Shown: in pieces, positions 1 to 11,840 of the stretch
How the letters are laid out: the number at the start of each line of letters is the position of its first letter
Numbering within the stretch: the stretch's first letter is position 1
Assembly: GCA_050084985.1 (NCBI GenBank)
Contig: JBITNC010000001.1
Location: forward strand, 126,356,001 to 126,420,000
Reading direction: 5' to 3'
Source of the DNA: Nageia nagi
Taxonomy: Eukaryota > Plantae > Pinophyta
Length of the DNA: 64,000 bases
Made by a program: the position numbers and the translations under genes
Notes under the pieces: generated by a model
The model's database searches: none
Seen by the model: the letters and a program-made list of their open reading frames with translations, nothing else
What the model was told of the DNA's origin: nothing

Positions 1-335
1 CATACAAAAGTTAAGAGTAAAATAAAATAGAGCTATTTTATTGTATCATAAATTCATTACATATGAAGCTTCAACTTCTACATGCTATAACGTGTTCATT
101 TCGTTCATACACATTATTTTCTAAAAACTAATTTTTTTTATTTATAAAATATGTTAGAACACACTCATTAGACTTTTAGACATTTCTAACTATTTAATGC
201 TTTTAGCTAACAGTGTAAATAAAATATAACAATAAATATATGCCTAAAATATTAAATAACAAAAATAAAAAATTAAATATAATATATATGTTCCCAAAAA
301 ATTATACAATGGCAATTAGGATTAATTTTTCAACA
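1..335 (-). repeat. 3' LTR of copia A copy 1 (cut by window edge)
   Basis: Similar to 5897-6107, 50543-50895 and 54400-54779. Starts TGTTG on minus directly after the PPT. Confidence 0.9.
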
Positions 336-385
336 CTCCCCCTTAATAACAATTGGTAATACCGCCATCCATGATGCTTAAGCTA

Positions 386-1650
386 TCTCTTTAATGTTCA
401 AATTCCTCTTTCCCAATGGCTTGGTAAAAATATCTATATATTACTTTTTAGATCTATAATGCTCCAAAATGATTTTTCTGGCATTTATCAATTCTATGAT
501 GAAGTGATATCTAGTATCAATGTGCTTGGTTCTTTTGTGAAAGATAACATTTTTGGATAGTACTATGGCTGACTTGTTAGCATATAAAAATTTTGTTAGT
601 TTCTCTTGCTTTTATCCAAGTTCTTTCAACATTATCCTTACCCACATTGCTTGACATGTTGCTCCTATAGCTACCACATATTCTACTCTAGCTAAAGAAA
701 GAGTGACAATTGGTTGTTTCTTCAAAGCCCATGAGATAACACCTAATCCAAGATCAAATACATAGCTAGAGTTACTCTTCCTGTCACCTACACTACTTAC
801 CCAATCACTATCTATTTATCTCTGAGCTAACTTTAATTGGCTTCTTGCAAGTGTGTTACTTTTGGTGTCTCCATAAACCTTGAAATTAAGCTCACTACAT
901 ACATTATGTCTGGTCTTGTAGTTGTCAAATACATTAAGCTTCCCACCATACTCTTAGACAAGGTTGAATTTTCATTTTTCTCCAATCTTCCTTTTTCAAT
1001 TTCAAGCCCATGGCTATTGAAGTTGGAGTTGGTTTATTATTTTCCATATTGGATCTCTTTAACATGTCTACATTACTTGATTTGATCAAAACAGTAGGCT
1101 CACCATCGCTTTTCCAAAAGTTATTTCTCATAAAATAAGAATCTATTTTGTTGTACCATGCAGAGGGTGCTTGTTTTAGTCTAGAAAGTGCCTTTTTTTA
1201 ATCTTGTACACCTTATTTTCTTGTCCTAGAACTTTATAACCAAGTGGTTGCTCCACAAACACTTCCTCTTTCAAGATTCTATTAAAATGTTGATTTTAAA
1301 TTTATTTGGTATACATTCCATTTTCTTTGAGTTATTATTGCCAAGAATGTTCTCATTATTTCCATCCTTACAACTAGAGCAAATATCTTATCATAATCTA
1401 TTCCATGATTTTGCTTGTATCCTTGGAAAACTAGCCTTGCCTAATACCTATAAATCTTTCCTTCAACATTGTATTCAATAATATAGATCCACTGATTACA
1501 TCCTTTGTTTATTGAAGATTCACCAATTTCCATGTATCATTCTTTTCTATGGTTTATATTTCTTCATCCATGGCTATAACCCATTTCTATTTCTTAATTG
1601 CATCTTTAAAATAAATTGGATCACCTATAGGCGAATACAAAGCATAAAGC
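386..1650 (-). pseudogene. copia reverse transcriptase + RNase H remnant, YVDD region deleted
   Basis: Minus translations ARLVFQGYKQNHGIDY, EEVFVEQPLGY, LKQAPSAWY, then a jump to DMLKR. RNaseH motifs KRTKHIDTRYHFI and DIFTKPL. Multiple stops and frameshifts. Confidence 0.88.
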
Positions 1651-1989
1651 AAATTCTGATCTCCATAATTTTCTTCTTCATCTTGCCAATAAATTTCTCT
1701 TAAACTTCTTATTTATTATCTTCTCATCCTTGCCAATGTGGGGTTTGAAGTCTCAATTGAAGTTGGGCTTCTAGATGTACTTGTTAACTATGTTTGATGC
1801 ATAGTTGGATGAGTAGTTGCTTGAATTATTGAAGAGAAACTTGTGTTTGCTAATGTTTTCACCTGAGGATCACTTTATTTTTCTTAAATGGATTTGAGAG
1901 GAGTCACAACTATAGGAATATTTGATGTTACTATTACTTCTTTATTTTCTTATGGCAAACTTGATATTACATTCATTGTTCTCTCCAAA

Positions 1990-4900
1990 CTTCCATCCCA
2001 TGCTTCCTCTTCTATGAACTACACATATCTTCTATTTACCACAGTCTTTGTAGTTTGATTATATAATTTGTATACCTTGGATTCATTACTATATCTGAGG
2101 GTGGGTGTAAGAAGTTAGGTCCACTTTAAGGCCAAAAAGTGGAAGTGTTTTCCTTAATTTTCAAATTTGAGTATGATTGATCTCAAAAATTGAAGCACCT
2201 AGATATAAAATCAAGAAAAAGGTGACTAAGGTAAAAATCTAGTACTTAGAGTCTAGTTATCAAATATATAAGCTTTTCTAATACCCAGGTCATAGAATTT
2301 AAAATTCGATAGGATGAAGAAAAATCATTTTTTAAAAAGAACTATTTTTAGACCATACCTTGCATGTGTCCGTACACCCTAATTTGACTAAAATCAAGGT
2401 ATTTTTTAAAATCCTTTTAGAAAATGATACCTAACACATTGGAGCTTATTTTGTATATTTTTCTATAATTTTTGGATCAATATTTTTTTATTAATTTTGT
2501 ACTAGGCATGATTGTGGTTTTAAAAAATGCTCATGTTCATCCACCATAATTTGATTTGAACTTAATATTTTTTCATTTTTTTATATTATTATAGAGAATT
2601 CTATGAAGCTTGTCTCTGTATAATTTGTTTTTTTATAACTCTCCAAAAAAAAATTATTTAGAAAATAAAGACTCATATCTCAAGCTTATGGGTCATATTT
2701 ACTAAAAATAATTAAAAATATATATAAAATCTTATCCAATTGTAAAAAATTACATATTTGAAATCTGCTTTCATGAAAAAATTCTACCAAAAACTCTATC
2801 AAACGTATATATGAAGTTGATATTTTCCATTAAACTTGCCATGAACATATACTTGCAGGTCCAAGGCTAAGTGTTGGTTCACCAAGCCAATTTTTTGAGC
2901 TTAAATTTGAGATGAAATTGTAGATTCAAATATTAGGATCTTGACATTAATGAATTAAAATTTAGATCTTGATTTAGGTTCAAGATCCCAACATATCAGG
3001 ATTTCAATATTTATACTTATTTTTGCTTTAAATATCAAGATCTCGATACTTATTGGGATCCTAAACCTAAATCGAGATCTTAACTTTTTTGACTTTGAGT
3101 TTTTACTTAGTGAATTTTCCCCACTTCCCCTTAAAGTGGACCCAACTTTTTACTTTCAACCCCTATAAATATACATTTTTCTCCTTTGCTATCCAATTTC
3201 TTCCTCAACTCATCTAGAATGTGTGCATAAGTTACACAACCAAATACTCTCATGTGAGAAACACTATGCTTTCTTCTACTCCATACTTCTTCTAGAACTA
3301 TGTCTTTTACACTCTTGTTGGACATCTATTTATGATGTAAATTGCACATGCTACAACTTCAGCCCAATATTCATTTGGTAGATGCTTTGATTTTAACATA
3401 CTTATGGTAATTTTTATGATTGTTTTATTTTTCCTCTCAGCTACACCATTTTGCTAAGGGGCATACCTTGTGGTAAACTTTTTATGGATTCCATTTTGTT
3501 TACAAAAATTTAAAAACTAATTTGAAATAAACTCACCACCTCTATGTTTTCTCAATACTTAGATGTAGTACCTACTTTCCTTCTCAACAAGAGATTTAAA
3601 TGGATAAAAATAATGAAATCTTCATCTTTAGTTTTCAAAACATAGACTCATATTTTTCTTGTATAATCATTAATGAAAGTCATGAAATAATACCTTCCAC
3701 TAATACTGGTTTTTTGTATTTTTTCACATGGATCTTAATGAATAATCTCCAATGGTGGTTTTACTATTATTGACTTTCCTACTAGAAATGTTTCTCTATG
3801 TTGCTTTCCCAATATACACACTTCACATGTCTTTTCTAATTTTGCTATAAGTGGAAAACCCTTTATCATTCCTTTCCTTTGTAGTTGATTCAAACCTCCA
3901 AAATTGAGATGCCCTATTCTTAAGTGCTATAACCATCTTTCATTTTTTATTTCAGCTTGAAAAATTATTTGTGTGACTTTTGCAACCTTTCCTTCAACTT
4001 ATGGATTCGTTGTGGGAGGTCCATGAGAAAATACAACCTTCAAATATTATGTTATGCATAAAGGAAATATTCTATTTTTTTATCATTTGCACTTTTACAA
4101 TAAGGTGATTACTTGGAAATCTATCTAGAATTATGCATTTTATATTTTCTAAATAAATTATATACCCCTTTTCAAGAAGTTTGCCAATACTCATCAAATT
4201 ATGCCTTAAACCTTCAACAAAAAAAGACATCTAGAATATATTTTTTCTCTCCTTACTTAGAATATTGACTCTTCCTTTTCTCATAATTTTCACTTTGTTA
4301 TCATTCCCCAATGTGACTTCTGATTTTATATTGTTATCTAAACTTGTAAAGCATTCTTTCTTTCATGTCATATGATTACTACAATCTAAATCTAAATACC
4401 ATACATCCCTCTTAGCTACTTGTGCTTATGCAACATTACATGCTAAAAACATACTACTATGACCTTGATTTTGATCTTTTCTTTGATTTTGATTTTCCCT
4501 TATGAAATTTGCATTTTGTTTTCTAAGATCATAATACTTCTTCCTATGCTCATTTGCATAGTGCCCATATTTCTTACAATAATGACATTGAGATTGAGAT
4601 TTATAATGCCATTTTGCTAGTGATTAATTTGAGTTTGAATTTTCACTTAAGTTTTGGCTATTACCTCTTCCTCCTGAATTTGATGGACTACCTCTTCCAC
4701 CATGTTATGAATTTATTCATCTACCTTTGACACATGATCTTCCTTTGCCTCTTCTAAAATTAATAGAAACTTAGCTTTTGAATGCATGCTTCAATAAAGA
4801 AATTTGTGATTGATTTAACTGATGTACATCAGGGATGCATGAAACTCATCAATAGACTAATTGGAAAAATCCTTTATTTTTTCTATAGTCATCATAATAT

Positions 4901-4990
4901 ATTCAAACTTTGTAGACAAACCCCTTTAAATATTCTCAAAAACTCTCTTATATTAAAGGGTATCTCTATGAGATCTTATTTGATTTACTA
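1990..4990 (-). pseudogene. copia gag / protease / integrase remnant (split by TIR element 2099-3161)
   Basis: HMRVFGCVTYAH..KLDSKGEKCIFIG (ORF 3131-3325), protease WYLDLDCSNHM, zinc knuckle CHYCKKYGHYANE. Confidence 0.88.
2099..3161 (+). mobile_element. non-autonomous TIR DNA transposon, copy 1
   Basis: ~32-bp imperfect TIRs (gggtgggtgtaagaagttaggtccactttaag / cttaaagtggacccaactttttactttcaacc). Interrupts the integrase IFIG|YS; the empty site is visible at ~52110-52125. Flanks ctga/ccta. Confidence 0.9.
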
Positions 4991-5010
4991 AGTAAATGAT
5001 TTTAGTAAAA

Positions 5011-5878
5011 GGGTGAAAATAAGAAGTTGAGTCCACTTAAAAGAGAAATGGAGAAAATTAGGTGAAGTTAAAATTCAATGTCAAAAAAATTGGGATCCCG
5101 ATCTTTGAATCTTCAATTTTGCCTCAGATTTAGGCTTAAAAAAGGCTTGGTGAGCCAACACTTAGCCTTAGACCTGCAAGTATATGTTCGTGATAATATT
5201 AATAGAAAATCTCAAGTTTAGGCATATATTTGATGGAGTTTTTGGTAGAAGTTTTTCATAAAATTAAAACCCATTATAGAGTAAAGAGTGTAGATTTCAA
5301 ATATGTAATTGTTTTACAATTAGATAAGATTTTATATTTTTTAATTATTTTTTATTAAAATTTGTCTATATACTTGAAATATGAGGTTATCATATTTTCT
5401 TAATAAGTTTTTTCTTGTAAGAGTTATGAAAAAATATATATATGGATAAGCTTCAAATAATTCTCTATAGAAATTAAAAAAAAAAAAAAGATTAAGTTTA
5501 GATCAAATTATATAGGATGGACACAAGCACTTTTCGAAACCACAAACATGCTTGATACAAAATAAAAAAATATATAGATGAAAATATAATGAAAAAAATA
5601 TTCAAGAAAAGCTCTAATGTGTTAGGTATATTTTCTTAAAAGGATTTTCAAAAATACCTTGATTTTAGTCAAATTATGTTGGACAGACATATAGTATTGA
5701 AACAAATTATATATTTCAAAATTAAAATCTGATCACTACATTTTCACCACAATGACATTTTTCATAATTCCATATCTAAGTGCTTCAAATTTTGAGATCA
5801 ATTATATCCAAACTTTAAAATCAAAGAAAACACTTCTATTTTTTTACTTTAAAGTGGACCCAACTTCTTGCACCATCT
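5011..5878 (-). mobile_element. non-autonomous TIR DNA transposon, copy 2 (inverted, internally deleted)
   Basis: Reverse-complement homology to 2099-3161 with both TIRs. Flanks aaaa/aaaa. Confidence 0.88.
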
Positions 5879-5896
5879 AAAAAATGAATATATCCA

Positions 5897-6107
5897 AATA
5901 CTAATTTACTTTATTGATAAAATATACTAGAGCACACTCGTGATACTTCTAGATATTTCTACCTATTTAAAATTTTGAACTACTCGTGTAATTAAAACAT
6001 ATCATTAAATATATGCCTAAAACATTAAATAGCAAAAATAAATATTAAATATAATATATATATTCCCAAACAATAATACAATGGCAGTTGGGATTAATTT
6101 TTCAACA
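5897..6107 (-). repeat. 5' LTR remnant of copia A copy 1
   Basis: Matches 121-335. The PBS-proximal part is missing. Confidence 0.85.
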
Positions 6108-6152
6108 CCACATCCCTGTCCTTGTCATTTGATAGAGTGCGATTGATCGCTT

Positions 6153-6287
6153 GAGACATTTTCAAGCTACCTCGCAAACAACATCATTAGAGATGACATT
6201 GTAAAGTCCATCAGTTACCAGAAGTAAACATTCATCGATATCAGTATAGTCTGATCTTGAGTAGGAGGGTGGTTCTACAAACGGGTT
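6153..6287 (-). pseudogene. protein phosphatase 2C (PP2C) catalytic-domain fragment
   Basis: Minus translation NPFVEPP...DIDECLLLVTDGLYNVISNDVVCEVA*KCL matches the PP2C motif DECLILASDGLWDV.SN..ACEVAR.CL. Preceded by acceptor-like tttgcag. Confidence 0.8.
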
Positions 6288-6518
6288 CTGCAAATGGACT
6301 ACTGGATTTTCATCTTCCTATTTGAGGACAGTCGTTACAAACTCTCTCCTATTTTTCAAATTTGAAATTTTAATCTTTCGCACCAATCTATGATGTGAAT
6401 GATGTGACAGAGCGGAATGGGGACGAGGTGAACGATCGGAGGAATGGAGAGGGACATTTAATAACCCTTATCAGAGATGAACATGTTCAATAAGTCAATT
6501 ACATCTCACAAGTTATTT

Positions 6519-7270
6519 AACTCTAGCGGTATTCCTCCATGGATTACCAACCTCACACACCTGTAAGTGCTGGATTTATCCAACTATAGATTACGCGAAA
6601 GAATATTCGATTAGCTGAAGAGTCTTAGTGGGTTTGGAAGACTTGGAGATCCCCAATTTAGAGGTAACATCCTCTATGAGGATGTGAGAGTTGTAATCAA
6701 AGGTGAGGAGTGCGGTATTGATTATGTTATGGCAGAAACACCATACTTGACTTGTCATGCAATAATCTCACCGTTGAAATAACGACAAGTATAGAAGCCT
6801 TAGCAGCTTGCGCTTGCTAAATATTTCTAAAAATCGATTGGAACTGAAAAATATCGCCGTTCATTGGATGGATCTCCACTCTGAAGCAGTTGGAATTGTC
6901 TCACAATAAGCTTATAAAGCACATTCCCGAGGAGCTTTCTGGCTTCTCCAAGTTGACATACATGGATGTTTCATCAAACATGCTTTTTGGATCCATACTA
7001 AGTGGAACTCAATTTGGCATATTCAACAAGAGTGCGTTGAATCATAATCATGTTCTATGTGGATGCCCTTTACCCAAATGCATGCAAAAAAACCAGAAAC
7101 CACCAAAGGCTCATATTGTGGAGGAGCAAACGTGGTCGGTATGGATGAGTGTGGATGAAAGCATCTTAGTGATTTGGGAATTGGGATTGGATTTGGTGTG
7201 GTAGTCTCTCTCATTACTGGATCAAACACAATAAGAAATAGGCTCCGAAGTCTGACTCTCAATTGGAGAT
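6519..7270 (+). pseudogene. LRR receptor-like protein, C-terminal half (island, last LRRs, juxtamembrane, TM)
   Basis: GIPPWITNLTHL*VLDLSN, island LYEDVRVVIKG, TILDLSCNNL, LELSHNKL..HIPEELS, LCGCPLPKC, GIGFGVV TM. Stops and frameshifts. Confidence 0.88.
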
Positions 7271-7941
7271 TACCGATATCAAAAGTAAAGTTGTTATTCA
7301 TTCCAAATCATAGCTTCTTGGATGAGATGAGCCATCAAATTTGATGGATGAAATTGTTTTTTCTTTTACCGTATAGGATAAAGTTGTATTGGTGGAAACT
7401 TCTCAGTTGGTTTGAACAAATCATTTTTTCATTTTTTATATATGTTATCACGCGTATGTAGTTTTTAGAGATGGATGCTTATATTACTATCAATTGCTAC
7501 CTTATGCATTGGTTACATATAAAGTGAAAAGTGATTTATTTTTTAAATTGATATTATTATTATTTTTATTATTATTATTTTTATTATTTATTTATTTATA
7601 AATTATTATTAATGTTTAGAAGTATTTTAATATAAATAATAATGAAATTTTCAAAAATATACAAATTACTTTTTATATTTAAAAGAGAATATGAATAATG
7701 AAGATTACAATGTAATTCTTATTTAAATTTTTATTTGATAAATAATTTAAAATTAAATTAATATTCTTTATATTAATTATATTTTCAAATAATTAACTAC
7801 TTGAAAAGTTTGACATATATATATTTTTTATATTATAAATGATGTGTTAATTTTCTATCATGAATAATTTTTTTAATAGGAAAATGATTAGTCTTGTTAA
7901 CTGCTATGTTAGTTTGACGAAGAGAAAGAAAAATATTGGGC

Positions 7942-9490
7942 ATTATAAGGTAGACTCCCCATTTAACTAATAACACTAACGAATTACAAAATTGCTTGTA
8001 AATTCTAACATAGGTTCCATGAGTAGAGAGAAGTTAGCACATGTATAGTTTTGTGCATGCCAAACAAGTGGAAGCATTGGGAGCTTGTGTACTCTTCTGT
8101 TTGTAAGCTCTATGCTTCTAGATCCCTCCCATTATCTTGTATGATTCTACATACTAGTTAAGTAATAGCTATAACCCTCTCACTGTAAGATCTTATTTCG
8201 AAAGCATTTTTTTTGGATCCCACTTCAGATATATTTTCCCACTTCAGATATATTTTCCCAATACAAATACTCTATTTCTATCATTCGTCAATTAGTTTCC
8301 ACTAGTTTTCATAGGTAATATCTTGGACAAGCTCAAGGAAGCAAATGGATTTGTAGCAACATCAGCATATATGTAGTAAAATCATGAATCATAATATTGG
8401 TGGAATGAATTTTTAAACTAAGCTCTTACTTTGGGTACATTTCTTTTTCAACTTTAGGATTTTGGGTAATTGATTTAAATGGAAATCAATGCTGAAACTA
8501 TGTTCATGGTATGCTGGATTCATTTGGTTAAAAATACATGAATATTTTCAGAGGATATGAATATGTTGTTTATTTGTTTCGTTATTAGATTTTGTGGGGT
8601 TGGAGTTGGCATTTGATTTTCATTGTGATCTTTATAAAATAATGTTGATAGGGAGCTAAATCTATTATTTTCTTAGGATTCGAAGTGCGGACCTCCTTGG
8701 TTCCTACAATTTTAGGATGCGAAGATGCCCCTAGACTCTTTGATCAAATGAAGCATTGAGGACCCAATGCTAATGGTTATTATTAATATTTATTTTGCAA
8801 GTTTACAGGATTCAAACTACCTTCATCATTTCAACATGGAAAATATGTCACTACACATGCTTTCAGAAGTATAAATTAGAAATAGAATTGCTATTTCAAA
8901 AGGTTTTGTTACAAAATATATGTACAAATAGGCAATGTTATTAAGTGTTAACTTCTTATGAATATTTCTTATATGATGTGTTATACAAAGTTGTTCACAT
9001 CTATTTATTTTCCTTGTTATGTTAAATCTATATAAAATATCAATATTCCTCATGAACATATGCAAACAAGGGGATTGGGTAGGGTGTTGTAACTGTGTTT
9101 ACATCATGCATCTTGTTAAACAATTCATAACCACAATATTTGATAAAAATCTACTTTAAATAGTATTTGATGTATGTATAAACCCTATCGTAGATCTCCC
9201 TATCTCATGCATGCTTTTGAGGATGTTGATTTCACTGCTATTGTTGTTTGTTGCACTCGATAAAATATTGTTAATACTTATCAAGGAAAATTGTATCTTT
9301 GATAATTTGATATTATCATAAGCATATGAATTTACCTCTCCTTGATTCATATAGTCAAAAGTTTTGTGGACGATTAAAGAGTAAATGAAGGAGCTTAACC
9401 TCATGAAAGATATTATTGGTGATGTCGATATGCAAAAGTTGAATCCATGTTCAAGATTGAAGAGTGTAGAGAGTAGTATGTATTTGTAGC
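7942..9490. repeat. ~1.55-kb duplicated segment, copy A (contains faint PPR-like remnants)
   Basis: Colinear, roughly 85-90% identical by eye, with 12003-13237 + 18160-18445. Minus-strand YELFNKMHDVN near 9100-9135. Confidence 0.9.
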
Positions 9491-10360
9491 TCTTTCAGCC
9501 TTCCCATATCCCTCGCAATGATTCCAGTGAAATTGTTTAGGGCAAGATTTAGGTAGTAAAAGTTGGTCAAATTCATCAAGATTGCATCTGGTAGCCTCTC
9601 TTCAATACTATTATTGTATAACGAAAGAATGGAAATGTGTAGGCGGGAAACACTTGTTGGGAAAGACCCTCTAACACTGTCAAATGATAAGTCCAGCAAA
9701 TGAAAATTGCTAGGGGGAACAGATCCTGTAAGATTCCCGGGACCATGGAGGGATAACGTAAAAAGCAGTTTTAATTTTCCTAATTCACCAGGTATTTTTC
9801 CATGCAATAAGTTTTCTCCAATAACTAATTCTTGGAGGGAAGAACAATAACCTGTTTGATTGTCGAGCCTTCCAAATTCTGACGGAATGCTTCCTGTCAA
9901 CCTGTTATGGCCCAGACTCAGAGTTACCAGAGACGTGCAGTTGCTCATAGAAGTGGGAATGCTTCCAATCAAATCATTGTACGGCAAGAATAGATGTTGT
10001 AAGTCTTGCAGCTGGCCGAATTCTGGTGGTATGCTCCCACTCAAGTTGTTCAATTAGCCAGAGATTTGGGTATATGACCCCTAAGTAGGTTCTTCTTGAA
10101 GTCAAGCACCCCTAATACTTTGAGCTGTCTCAACTGTGGTGGAATAGTTCCTGTTACATAATTGAAGGAGAGATCCAATGTGTGGAGTAAATTTAGATCT
10201 TCTAAGGCATTAGAAATCGTACCTTCCAATTGGAGATCGGGGAGGATGATGGGAACCACTCTTTGAGTATGTTTTCTGCTCCAAACACCGTTCCACGAGC
10301 ACACCTCATTCGAATTGTTTGCAGTCCAAGTGGAGAGCGCTTGCTGTGGAAGGATGATCG
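9484..10360 (-). pseudogene. LRR receptor-like protein/kinase, N-terminal half (LRRNT + about 10 plant LRRs)
   Basis: ORFs 10050-10403 and 9451-10053: WTANNSNEVCSWNGV..RVV.IILP, repeated LxLxxNxLxGxIP. Frameshift at ~10053, no signal peptide, truncated at ~9484. Confidence 0.92.
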
Positions 10361-11680
10361 ATATTTGGGTAGAACGTAGCATATAGTGCAAGTCGAGCAA
10401 CATTCATACGTTGGAAAGGATGGTCAATAATTCAATAGATTGTCGAGTTGTTCAAATTATCTATATTTTGATGGAATTTTGGATTTAATATTTTATTTAG
10501 TTGTTCAATTTGTTATTTGAATATATGAATTTCGATTTTATATAAAATATAAGTTTTAAAACTTGTTAAAATAATACTATGATGGGTGTCAATCTATATA
10601 TAAATTTAACTTGAAACTTAGCATGGAATAATAATTGTTGAAATAATATAAAAGCATAATTAAATCAAATATTAAATTTAGTAAAGTAGAAAATTTAAAT
10701 ATTATTTTTCATATTGAACTTTGTAAATAATTATAGATTGAAGTATTATATAAATATGCAAATGTTTATAAGGTAAAAACTACTACATTACATAAATTAA
10801 AATTAATTACTCTTCAAGGTGTGATATACAATTGCTTGTAATGTAGAGGTGTATGTGTGTGTGAGAGAGAATTTTCTACATGTTATTTGTAAAACTCAAT
10901 AACTATGTTAGATCCTACAAGTTAATAGGGGTTACTAGTAGTATTGAAATAAAAATAAAATCTATTTGCATCATATAACAAGTTATGTTTCTATTTTAAA
11001 CCTTTATGGTAAGAATGTTTAACTAGATCATATGAACCTACCAAGATATGTTATTGAACTCTCTAATGTGTCTTAAGGATCCTAACATAGTAAAGCATGG
11101 ATATCAAAGCCATTAATTCCTAAAATCACATAAAGATTAGTATATGCATAGCAATATTTAAAGGCATGTATAAATTATCATTAAATTTAGTAATGAATCA
11201 TATTTAAATATATAAACTTTTTCTTAGTTTATATTATAATCTCATTTATAAGGAGTCGCATAAAATAATCATCTACAAAATAATAAAAGAATAAAGTAAA
11301 GGAGCCTTGTGGATGCTCAATCCATATCCTAATTGTTACATTTGTGACTATATAACATGGCATTGCAAGAATAAATATGTGAGATATAAAATATCATTGT
11401 AATAACTAGGTCAAAAATAATTGTCATATATAGGTTTCTTAATTATAAAATTATATTTTGATTTGGTAGATCATGTGAGTTTTAGAAATATTTAGTTGAA
11501 GCATTTTTGTATAGATGAATAATTTTTGCATAGATGAATAAATGGGAAACATACTCATCAAAATATATGGAAGGAAAACGTTCAAAAAAATAGGGAAATT
11601 CTTGGGCTAAAAAGAACCCCTTCAAATTAAGAGGGAAAAGTAACATTAGCAGTAGATTTATTATTTTCTTTGATATTTTT

Positions 11681-11840
11681 TGAGTCAACTGTATGATGCT
11701 TTATGAGTTAAATGTATGACGCTTTATGAGTCAAATTGATGATGCTTTATGAGTCAAATTTATGATTCTTTATGAGTCAAAATGAATGGTGTTTTATGAG
11801 TCAAATATATGATACTTTATAAGTTAAAATCTTGATATTT
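11681..11840. repeat. 23-bp minisatellite, ~7 units (tgagtcaaatgtatgatgcttta)
   Basis: Direct tandem periodicity visible in the sequence. Confidence 0.9.

Larger units (their letters stand above)
1..6107 (-). mobile_element. Ty1/copia LTR retrotransposon (family A, copy 1), degenerate, left end outside window
   Basis: LTR ends CAACA at 331-335 and 6103-6107. PPT complement ctccccctt at 336-344. Minus-strand order gag/zinc knuckle-PR-INT-RT-RNaseH. Colinear with 50543-54779. Interrupted by two TIR elements. Confidence 0.93.

Noticed and set aside
1100-1650. Apparent foreign insert in copia copy 1
   Set aside because: Minus translation shows it is the RT N-terminal half, which is deleted in copy 2.
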